DNA of 64,000 nt from Ylistrum balloti. Taxonomy: Eukaryota. Of this stretch, positions 42,421 to 54,133 are shown one piece after another. Within the stretch, counting starts at the first letter, position 1. Each line of letters begins with the position of its first letter. Below the pieces are notes generated by a model that had not been told where the DNA came from, did no database searches, and saw nothing but the letters and a program-made list of their open reading frames with translations. The DNA is taken from positions 310,001 to 374,000 of the forward strand of contig NW_026781984.1 in assembly GCF_031769215.1 (NCBI RefSeq). Direction: 5' to 3'. A program made the translations under genes and the position numbers.

Positions 42421-43500
42421 GACTGGTAGATGGTGCAGAGGACTAGTAGATGTGGAGAGGGATTCTTGCTGACTGTGATATGCGGACTGGTAGATGTAAG
42501 GAGGAAGTCTTGCTGACTGTGATATGCGGACTGGTAGATGTAAGGAGGAAGTCTTGCTGACTGATATGAGGACTGGTAGATGTAGAGAGGAGGTCTTGCT
42601 GACTGATATGTAACACCGCACACAGGTTAATTATAAAAACAAGACCCAGGTTCTGATGTAAGATGATGATCCTTTTATTGAGTCTACAACTACACACAGA
42701 TCTTTAGACGTACACAACAAGAGTCTGAGCGCACCCTTCCTCAAGCCAAAAGCTACCAGTGTCCGAGAGTCGTGGCCGTTAACTGCTCACACCTTGCTGC
42801 TTCCTCCTGACCACTGGTCAGTGTCCAAAGTTCTCTCCGGACATTAAGTTTCTCTACAAGAATAATAAAAGTACTTTGGGCGAACATTAAACACGAAAAC
42901 AAGCATACTTGGGGAATACACAGCACTGGACACAAAATACACATACTTTGGCCGGACATTAAACACGAAAATAACCATACTTGGGGAATACACAGCGTCG
43001 GACACACGATTTGTAAACATAGAGGATTAATCAAGTTTCTCTACAAGAATAATAAATGTACTTTGGGCGGACATTAGACACGAAAACAAACATACTTGGG
43101 GAATACACAACGCTGGACACACGATACACATATTTCCACAATTCAACTACTTGAAGTATAAGGCTAAATATCTATACCTATTTATAATTTAAGTACGTGC
43201 TCTTTTATGCAATGGTTGGTTACAGATATGAGGAATGTAAGATGTAGGGAGGAAGTATTGCTGAATGTGATATGAGGACTAAAAGATGCAGAGATCATGC
43301 CTTGCTAACTGTGATACGACGACTGTTAGATGTAGAGAGGACGTCTTGCTGACTGTGAAAAGGTGTTGGTAGATGCTGTAGAGACAAAGGTGTTTTTACT
43401 GTAACGCGAAGACTAGTAGAATCTTCTAGAAACAACCTTGCTGAGTGTGATACAAAGATTGCAAGACTTTGTAGAGAGAGAGTCTTGCTGACTGTGACAG
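42421..43500. repeat. 44-bp tandem repeat in two blocks (42421-42610 and 43230-43500) separated by an insert with its own internal duplication
   Basis: Unit GACTGGTAGATGTAAGGAGGAAGTCTTGCTGACTGTGATATGCG (period 44 at 42485/42529). The insert repeats TTCTCTACAAGAATAATAAA.GTACTTTGGGCG near 42850 and 43037. Confidence 0.75.
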
Positions 43501-45884
43501 GGAAATTGATTTAGAGAGATAAAGGTTATACAAATACTGGTATATTCTATGAAATCTATGACATCTACGGAAAAAATATATTGGTAAACGTACCAATAAA
43601 TGTGTTATATTCAATCACGAGCACACGCAATGTTCTTCCTTAATTCCGCATTTTGCTGTCGAATTCTGGATATTCCAACTCTCTGTTCTCTCGTGCAGGA
43701 TCGGCTCTATTGAATGCACGTGCTGTTGTTAAGTTTTCAAATATCCTCTTACAGGATGGAATGCATTACTCAAAGAGAGGTTCTTCTGAACTTTGGTCGA
43801 TCATAGGATGATAATCCGAACTGTTCAAAAGGCACATTATTTTAATATCACCTTTCAATGCAAATTTAGAATTGAAACAGGAATACCAACTGATGAATAA
43901 AACTGTTGTTTCAACCATCTAGGACTGGTGATTGATGTTAATGGCAGTGAGGCTGGAACTGAGAAGGCGACTTGTGGAAATCGAAATTGAAAGTTATTGA
44001 AACAGTGAATTGTCTAAATGTATGAACAAAATCCTTGTCACTTCTCTGTTTCATTATCGGAAGACTGAAGAGGCAGCTACTTATTGTTATTGTTTACGCC
44101 GTCGTCCTCATATTTATGCAAGACGGTTAAGCATGATCTCTATCGTCAATTTCACGTAACGCGAAAGATTGGCAAACAACATCCGCACTTAATTTGGTTA
44201 CAACCAGGTCGACACACAGAGATATAATTGAACGTCATATATCTGGTTTGTATTCTTCCTGTTGATATGGTCTTCTGGCATTGAGTTTGCTACATCTGCT
44301 CCTGTGTATATTCGGGGCTATGCATTCTTCTGTATCGGTTGTCAACATTTGGTCAGGTATAAGCTACATGATGATCGTCAGTTGTCGTGCGGAAACATGT
44401 CTGGATACTGGATGTCAACGTCAGTTCCATTTTCGACATCAAATGATGTAAGCCGTAACGTCGATTTCATAAAGTGACTGTCGTTGTTGATGTTTGTTCG
44501 AAAGGATGCGGAGGTAGTCGATCTAATGGCTAACCTGGTAAGATGACGTAATCAAGAACCCTTTGTCCACGTACATTGTTTATGCTTCGTTTGTGTATGC
44601 GACCCGCGTGAGTCGTGTCAGTCATCGTTCATGTAATATATGGGTCGTCATATTTCGTAATTGATATTTCCAAAATACAGCGAGTTGCAGCAAGAGACAG
44701 AGTTTTGATGAGTTGACAGTATATATGTATATTTTGCTTATTTACATATAGTGCTCAACTTCAGCTATTGTTTGGTCTGTAAACTTCGACTTGAGGAAAT
44801 CTCAAGTTGAGATGTTTTATACAAGTGGGGCCAGTACACTTAACTTCTACAAGATAAATCAGTAGGCCAGTTCAGGAATCAGAACATGGCTGCGGTAATT
44901 TAGGATTTGCTTGAAAATTACAAGACGTGATAGAAAATTAGTATTTGAACCACAATGCATAGAGAGGATGAGTCATGGAGACGGAAAATGTGTAACCGAC
45001 CAACCATCCTGTTCACATCAGATAAGATATCACCTGGATCTCCATACACCTTCTGTTCAACTTTATTTTACAGGGTATCGCTGACACTGAATCGACATGC
45101 AATGTAAACAACAAAGCATTTCAGATATTACCTAAGCTTTCATCTGACTGGTTCAACCGACACAAAAGCGCACTGTGGTGATAAATCTCTGTATTTTGTA
45201 CTACGAATAAAAGAGGGGTGGGAATGAAACGATTCACAAAAAGTGAAGAGTACATGTTAAATAAATACCCATTCCTAGGAGACGCAGTGTATATCAACGG
45301 GACGAGCCGGTTCTCAGATTGCATTTAAAAGGATTATGCAAAACACACGGTGAATAACACCTGTCATTTAATTTTTAAGTTGGAATTTGTTAAAACTCGA
45401 TAGTAATTTCCAATAATTATTTAAACTCTATCATACAGCGGTTTTCCCTCTAGGACTCGAACGTGATGCTATGAGCTTAACGTGTGAAACACTATGAGGT
45501 GATTTAAAGTTAATCCAAATAAATGTTAACTATGCACCTGGCAGTACGTATTGAGTTTCGCTTTTAGATTTAATCTTTTATGTGCACACCAGTTTCATGT
45601 ATAAATCTGTGATATAATGTAAAATTTATCTGAGGCAATGTTACCATGTGATCTCATGTGTGAACTTATGCAACGATACTAAGCTTACGTGTATTGTATT
45701 ACCGTACAGATGTGACATTCCAGTCAGTCGCGGACAAAGGACACCGTACATGATACAGCCTAGATTCATCAATGTTTTCCTGATAGGATCCTGGAATGAA
45801 GCCCAACAAAGTTTGCGATAACTCGTGTTTAAATATTTAAAAATTATGTAAACACTCATGTAGCTTCCCCGATTGTTGAATTAC

Positions 45885-46538
45885 TGTAACACAGAAGGCG
45901 TAAACACACGTACTTGTTGGTAATAGCCATTACATAACATGTCGAATAATAATAAGGTTACATGTACAAAAGCAACATTTCATCAACATACAGAGTTCAT
46001 ATACTCATACTAGTACTTCACATTGTGTCTCGTATCAGAACTGTCCATCTAGTGGGCTCCCCAAGGCCGTCCCTTCTAACCTAAAGATCTCCCCCTTTTA
46101 TCTTACTCTGGACCAAGCTTGTTCGGCCATCCCCTAATATGGACTTTACTTGTTGCTAGATGATACGATTGTTGAAGTATAGCCACCTGTACTCGAGGTG
46201 CAAGGTTGAGAGTCCACCTGCTAATTTGTTACTTGAAATAGACCCTAATAATTACTCCACCACTAGGTGGCCACTGTCCGAATGGTAAATTACACAAGTT
46301 TAATTATCGATGAAGTGGGGATAGTCTCTAATTAATTAACTGGCCAAGGCTGTACACCCGCTGATAAGATTCTCGGGGCCCAGACTACACCAATCTAAGT
46401 GTATATATGCAAGTTATTATCCACACCCCTGTGAACTACCTATATGTGTTTTATTGATATACTATTGAACATTAAACGAACTATTGTTTAAGCTAACTTA
46501 TTTCAACCAATCCCATATGAAAATCCAGCTGTGTTACA
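45885..46538 (+). mobile_element. Probable solo LTR (654 bp)
   Basis: 10-bp perfect terminal inverted repeat TGTAACACAG...CTGTGTTACA (TG...CA); TATA-like and ATTAAA motifs in the 3' part. Flanks do not form a TSD. Confidence 0.5.
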
Positions 46539-48510
46539 CTAAACTCTATTTTGTTACATAACATTGAGTTCATTCACAAAAGGATCCTTATCTTGTTAAC
46601 AAGTTGGTTCCTTGTCATTGTTTGTCAAATGAGCTTGCACAGTGTCATTTAACACTATTTTATCACCATGTAAATTTTTTATGATAGATGAGGAGTTGTT
46701 TATTATAGATAACACAGAGATTGGAATTTCGGGAAGAGAAATATATGGTTAAAACTGACAATGCAACTTAAAAAGAATTCATTTCGAGATACAAAAAAGT
46801 TTCTGTTTTCCAAATGCATGGGAGAGGCCCCAATGATAACGATATCTTCTTGTCGAAGTATCAAAGGAAGTGGTCGACATTTTAGTCCCACCCTTTACTG
46901 GAAAGCGAGTACTGTCATCCCAGGTATGAAAGGCTTGTACCATGTCAAACAGGTTTTCAAGGCAATCTCACCTGTATTTTACATAATTACGCGTTCGCGT
47001 GACCCAAAAAGAGAGCATTCACCTGAGGACTTGGAAGTACTTCTCAGCTATCAAAAAATTTATGTGCTTATTAGTCTCCTTGTGCCGTCATTGAAATAAT
47101 GATGACCGGTTTGACATTTAGGTTTATACTCTCGGATGCCCGTAAACCTTTCCAAGCAAGACTTGGGTTAAACTATCTGACACGTCCTTAGATATAATGA
47201 CCAGAACATAGAAGGGAAGTCTCGGAAGCGTTCTATTTTTTTTTTTTTTTTGGTTTTTTATCTCAACAAGTTATTTTCTAATCTTGTATTGTTAGCTTTC
47301 ATAGAAAATTGACTATATACAGATATTTTGCCTTTGTCTTCATAAAACAAATTCTCGTTTGAGAACGTGGCATTACCTGCTTGGATTGACCAAGATTTAC
47401 ATGGCGGGCGTCGTCGATGAAGCAGAACACATGATCTTATTACTCTTTTACTTTTTCAAGAGTCTCCGTGTAAATCTTTCTTTGTTCCTATTTTTTGCCC
47501 TAGTTTTACTGAATGACATGTTGGTATTTTGTTTACCAATCTTCGAGACTGCGGGTGGCAAACCCACGAGGTTTGCCGTAACCTGTATGCCACGTCGTTT
47601 TAATTCATTCTAATAGTGGCACGGTTCAGAATATACACATGCATTAGACAGTGTTCTAAAATTATCTGATTTATAAAATTCATTGAATTATGGGGTCGAT
47701 GCACCTTCGTATCTAGATTTCGACTTTTCTTTCGATCACTTTGGATTTTCCTAAATCGCCTCTTTGGCTTCCAAATTTTCACCTTTTGCATCACTGTTAC
47801 ATCCTATGATGACGAAACAGCTGTGTGGTGCAGTTTCACTTATTGTTTGGCTCTACTGTATCTTAATTTGTATCAAAAGGTACTTTTTACTTGTGTGTCT
47901 TTTGTACAATATTTGTTCCAAAAAAGGTGAACAAATGAAGAGTACCCCAAATGATGAATATTTCATTACATCTAAACAACCCGATGGCGAATGGTTGGAG
48001 ACATTTAATAGTGATCTTACATCAAATATGAATTTATTCTTTTTTCATTCTTTGTAAATTTCTATTGATTTGTTTTTTATGAATTCTGTATCTTACCGAT
48101 CAAGTGTTCGTAGTCGATGAAGCAGGTTACACTTTCCTAAATACACACTCTAGATTACTCTAGATCGGTCGTAACTACTTAATGATAATTCAGTGATGCG
48201 GAAAGATATTGGTCTATCTTATAGCAGTGAACAATGAAAAGTTAATAAAGCGAAGACCAAAATGGTGGATTGTATTACTGGTTACAGAAATTCGAGGAAA
48301 AAAGTTTGTCAGTGTCCTTGATATAGAAACTGTGTCATACATTCTTTTAGAGTACATGCTTGGTGTGTAGAGAAAGCAATATACAGAAGCTGAGAGAAAG
48401 ACTTTAAAACAAAGGAGCGAGATAGACAAGAAATAAAGGCAAACAAAAATTTTAACACTTGTGCTTGATGATATGACATCGTGTTACATTTTCATGTTTA
48501 CGAGTAACTA

Positions 48511-48634
48511 CAGTCGAACTCGTATAACTCGATGACCCCTTTAATTCGTCAGCACTGTCTCACTTTACACAAAACATTCGAACTCACTTTAATCGAATAC
48601 TCGGTTATCTCGATGTTTTCCCATGGTCCGACTG
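48511..48634. mobile_element. Short Tc1/mariner(pogo)-type MITE
   Basis: TA|CAGTCG...CGACTG|TA ends, with internal TATAACTCG and GTTATCTCG subterminal motifs. Confidence 0.55.
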
Positions 48635-50714
48635 TAAATTTGGTAACAGGAACACTGTGGAACGTGTAAAAATATTTCTCAAAAGAAAGGGACTATTTTC
48701 ACGGCGTTATTTCAAGAATAATATTTTTCTCAATAGATAATTTTAAAGATAACATTTAATTTGGGACACATACCGTCGATATGTATACAGTCTGATTGGC
48801 GCACTGTGTAGATATATTTACCGTTATATTTAAGTGAGATTTATGTAATTAGAGCTATTTATTATCATAAGATGAAGTGTTTGACTATCTAGACATAATA
48901 ACAAGTGGAGATTATAATACGGATATCAGCTGATATCCTCAACATGTTACCAGATTCTTCGTGCCCAGCTGCATTCTTCTGTTAGCATGCTATAAAGGTA
49001 TATATTTAAGTCGTAATATTAATTTTAGAGATTTTCCGTTTCTCTACATGGTTTGAAATCATGGTTGCGCTAATTCATCAATGCGATAGTATTCTGGAAA
49101 TATTTATATTGCGCCGATTTGATTGCGTTAGATAAGGTACGTTAAAGAGTATCACAGCCCAGATTGAGAATTCCATATTATGTAATGTTAGAATCAGTGT
49201 CATATTAATTGCTTTCAAAGATATAATTTATGCGACTGAGTCTAGGAAGTTTACCTATATTCGGAGGGGATGTCACCAGCGATAGGGGTTATGATGGCGA
49301 CACAAGCGATGTTGTTGAAGTTGCACCATACACGTTGTGATGGTACACCGTACGCCTGTCCTAATTATAATATGTGGAGGATTTAGCAAAGAATATCTTA
49401 TTTAGAAGTTTAATCGATGGCGTGTCTGTTGGGTAGGTTGGGTAGTGAGCTAAAAACACATGAAACTTCATTTTATTTCCATGTAATTACAGAGCACAAG
49501 GGCATTCCACAGCAATGTTTAGGTGGTGGTGCAGTATACGGCTGCATGTGTTGTTTTTTGTGTTGTACATATATCACGAATACATAATTGCCTGGTTTAT
49601 CACTGTAATCAGAGAACAGCTCAATATGAATCGTAATGGCTTCCCCGTGTAACACACTGACACATATCACGGATACTGAACCTAATATACTTCCTGGTTA
49701 ACAAAACCACCTTGATTTAAATAAAAAAATACTGACGTGTCAGCGGTATTTTAACTCAACTCAGATTCAGTGAATCAATGCCAAAATATTAACAAAAGAA
49801 ACAGTTATACAGAAACCAATGAGAAAATACAATAATCGGATGTTCTTCCGTGACAGTAACCATTTAAATCTTGGTTAAAGTCAAATGATTAATGTCACGT
49901 TTCCAAAGTGAGAACAAGATAAGGAACCAAGGAACCACCAGGCATATTAACGAGCATAGAAAAGGTCTATCTTCATCTCCCACAAGGAAGTAGAATTAAA
50001 GTTTACATAAGAAGCAGAAGAGTTTTTTTTTACCAACTGAAGGCTAAATAGATATCTGATCAAATTGACACGTGGAGATACGTTATACAGACAGACCAAA
50101 ATTGACATTAGAGTATGTTGTAATAGGTTAACACTGAACAGATATTTGCTATTTTACACTGTTCAAATGTAGTGTAAATATGATGCGTTCTTTTACGAAA
50201 GACGCCCATATAGCATTTCCAAAAAGTGTGGTATAAGTTATTTGTACTGGAATACGTAAATGACATAACCACACGAAATCATTATTATCGAAAGAAAAAA
50301 GTTGGATTTCGGCAGGAAAGCAATGAGCATAAGATTCTTTGTGAATTATGAAAATAGCGATACTGTTTCAAAAGAACAGCGTCTTCTTGTTTCGCGTTAG
50401 GAATTTGAGGCGAAACCCTGCCGTTCGGCGTGTTTGTATATCTTTCAACTTACGAGAATGTAATAATCATATATATATAGATATAATTATTCATTTTTTA
50501 ATAATATTGCTTTTCGGCCATTGATACGTGTTAAACACTGGTGGTCGGTAGATCTCCTGTTCAGAACGCAAGAAATGGGATTAAGAGGCAAACGTGGGTT
50601 ATATTAAAAGAAATGTTTATACATAAGGAAATATGCGTCTCGTTAAATTGTTTATCTTAAAAAATGTTGAAAAAAAATTTTACAGAGGGAATTCACAAGA
50701 AGGTAAAAGATTAT

Positions 50715-52285
50715 ATTGTTTACATGGTAACTGATAATGAATTTGTTTACATGGTAACTGTTAATTGCTTTGTGTACATGGTAACTGATAATGGATTTGT
50801 TTACATGGTAACTGATAATGAATTTGTTTACATGATAACTGATAATGGTCTTGTTTACATGGTAACTGATAATGAATTTGTTTACATGATAACTGATAAT
50901 GTGTTTTTTACATGGTAACTGATAATGGTATTGTTTACATGGTAACTGATAATGAATTGATAACTGATAATGGTCTTGTTTACATGGTAACTGATAATGG
51001 ATTTGTTTACATGGTAACTGATAATGAATTTGTTTACATAGTAACTGATAATGTTTTGTTTACATGGTATCTGATAATGTTTTGTTTACATGGTAACTGA
51101 TAATGGTCTTGTTTACATGGTAACTGATAATGGATTTGTTTACATGGTAACTGATAATGATTTTGTTTACATGGTAACTGATAATGGATTTGTTTACATG
51201 GTAACTGATAATGAATTTGTTTACATGGTAACTGATAATGGATTTGTTTACATGGTAACTGATAATGGATTTGTTTACATGGTAACTGATAATGTTTTGT
51301 TTACATGGTAACTGATAACGATTTTGTTTACATGGTAACTGATAATGAATTTGTTTACATGGTAACTGATAATGAATTTGTTTACATAGTAACTGATAAT
51401 GAATTTGTTTACATGGTATCTGATAATGTGTTGTTTACATGGTAACTGATAATGGTCTTGTTTACATGGTAACTGATAATGGATTTGTTTACATGGTAAC
51501 TGATAATGGAATTGATAATGTTAATTGCTTTTGTTTACATGGTAACTGATAATGTTTTGTTTACATGGTAACTGATAATGGATTTGTTTACATGGTAACT
51601 GATAATAATGGTAACTGATAACGATTTTGTTTACATGGTAACTGATAATGAATTTGTTTACATGGTAACTGATAATGTATTTGTTTACATGGTAACTGAT
51701 AATGATTTTGTGGATTTTACATGGTAACTGATAATGAATTTGTTTACATAGTAACTGATAATGTTTTGTTTACATGGTATCTGATAATGGTAACTGATAA
51801 TTGTCTTGTTTACATGGTAACTGTTAATTGTCTTGTTTACATGGTAACTGATAATGTTTTGTTTACATGGTAACTGATAATGTTTTGTTTACATGGTATC
51901 TGATAATGTTTTGTTTACATGGTAACTGATAATGGTCTTGTTTACATGGTAACTGATAATGAATTTGTTTACATGGTAACTGATAATGGATTTGTTTACA
52001 TGGTAACTGATAATGATTTTGTTTACATGGTAACTGATAATGGATTTGTTTACATGGTAACTGATAATGTTTTGTTTACATGGTAACTGATAATGTTTTG
52101 TACATGGTCTTAACTGATAATGGATTTGTTTACATGGTAACTGATAATGGATTTGTTTACATGGTAACTGATAATGATTTTGTTTACATGGTAACTGATA
52201 ACGATTTTGTTTACATGGTAACTGATAATGGATTTGTTAACATGGTAACTGATAATGGCTTTGTTTACATGGTAACTGGTTATGG
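50715..52285. repeat. 27-bp tandem minisatellite, about 55-58 copies
   Basis: Unit TTTGTTTACATGGTAACTGATAATGGA. Confidence 0.97.
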
Positions 52286-52711
52286 ATTTATATGCAAAAA
52301 TGTGTATTTATCAAAAATCGTGTTTTTTATATGATTGAGAAATGTATATTGAAAATGCATTGCCATGGTAACCTTAATGCATTACTGTCATATTTTTTTC
52401 TGTCAATATGACTGGTTTAATATAGTAAACATGTTTGTTACAGCAGTAGTTACAAGTATATTTCCATCTGTCATATTTGCGATTTTACTTTATTCACCTT
52501 CATATTTTCAAATACTGGGGTGAAAAAACCGTCACATGACTTATACCAGGGGCGTTTTCAATCTATCATATGTCCCTATTCAGACACATGTTTGTGGGAA
52601 TGGCTAAACACCTTTACATTTATATGCAAAGTGGGAATGGGAAGACACTTCTGTATTATTGTTGGAGTCAAAGGGCACATCTTTATCATTGTGCGAGTGA
52701 TAAGATACATC

Positions 52712-53156
52712 TGTTAAAAGTGAAATAATGACGCCAAGTGAGTGGCGAGTTTAATTAGTGTTCCGGATCATCGTACAATTTTAGGGTGTCTGATGTTAGC
52801 CAGTACCGTGTCATATAAATTTCATACTGTCAGGACACTAGGCGTAGTGACCAGCCGATGACCAGTTAATGTTGTAGTGTGCCAGATAAGGTCAATTAAT
52901 GACCCCTGCTGGAGTTTCAAGAGTTTAAACAGACTTTAGAATTCCTTCACTCTTATCTTCATCTCTGATAATTATTACTTTCATCTGTTTGATTGTATCT
53001 GTAAATTGTCTGTATCATGCATGTTTTAGTCAGTCCAATGTAAACCTCCGAGCTAGGCACACGTCTACTCGTACCTTCCAGTCTTAATACAGTTTAGAAC
53101 CGAAGACAAGAGTTAATTGTTATTTTCTCTATTGTATCCGGAGGCTGAGGGTAACA
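52712..53156 (+). repeat. 5' LTR (445 bp)
   Basis: TGTTA...TAACA; near-identical to 59314-59716. Confidence 0.95.
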
Positions 53157-53230
53157 ACTGGTGGCAGCGGTGAAAGATTCTCTATCAAGTGTGGGACTCC
53201 GTTACATAACAAACTTGAAAGAGACTGAAA

Positions 53231-54130
53231 ATGCCGACAGGCACAGGAGACGGAGAGACTGCCGACGCAGCCCAGAAGTTATCGGCTGCTCAGTCAAAAG
53301 TGGAAATTAGAAAATTAGAGCTCCAAGCAGAAGTTGAAAAAGGAGAAGATTCAGTTAGAACGTGAACAACTTCAGCGTGAGGCTGAAGAAAGAAACATAC
53401 GTTCTGAAAGGGAAGCTGAAAAGGAAAGAAGGGAAGCTGAACTTAAACTTGAAAAAGAAAGGATGGAAGCTGAAAAAGAAAAGAAGGACGCTGAGCTAAA
53501 GCTTAAAATGATGGAACTTGAAGTTGAAAAACTGAAGCTGGAAAACAAAAACAATGCAAGTGCTGTGCCATGTAGAGTGAAACTACAGCCTTACGATCAT
53601 GCTTCAGGCGATGACATTATATCCTATCTCGCTGAGTTTGAAGCATTGTGATCACAAGCTGGCTGGACTCTGGAAATGAAAATGCTTCAATTAAGAAGTC
53701 TACTAACAGGAGAAGCTCGTGAAGTTTCAGCTCAAGCCCACAAATCATATGAAGATCTGTCAAAGGCTTTGATAGAAAGGTATGGAAAAAAGCCATATCA
53801 GTACTTCAAAATGCTATCGGATGTCCAAAAACAACAAAAAGAGACATATCGTGGACTTATGGCAAGAGTGAAACAATATGTCATACGTTTCATTGATGAC
53901 AGTGAAGATGTTCTTGGGAAAATAGAAGAGGAATTTTTTCCCCAGTGCTCTTCCAGTGTCACAGGCACAATGGATCCACTGGAACAAAGGATCTGGAACT
54001 GTTGTGGATGCAGCAGAGGATTATATTTTTCCGGATAGGAGCACAACAAAGACCAAAACACAGGTTAGTCAAGCTTCCGTAGAAACATCAAAGACAGAAT
54101 CGAAAACGAACTTTTCTGATGAGCCAATGA
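53231..54130 (+). pseudogene. gag: Retrotransposon gag, frameshifted with stops
   Basis: ATG at 53231; E/K/R coiled coil, then VKLQPYD...DDIISYLAEFEAL, a TGA, and LRSLLTGEAREV...YEDLSKALIERY, typical of Gypsy gag. Confidence 0.85.
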
Positions 54131-54133
54131 AGA

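Noticed and set aside
50664-52334. MVTDNGFVY repeat ORFs
   Set aside because: A 27-bp unit gives in-frame repeats, but they are broken by frequent indels and have no gene context.
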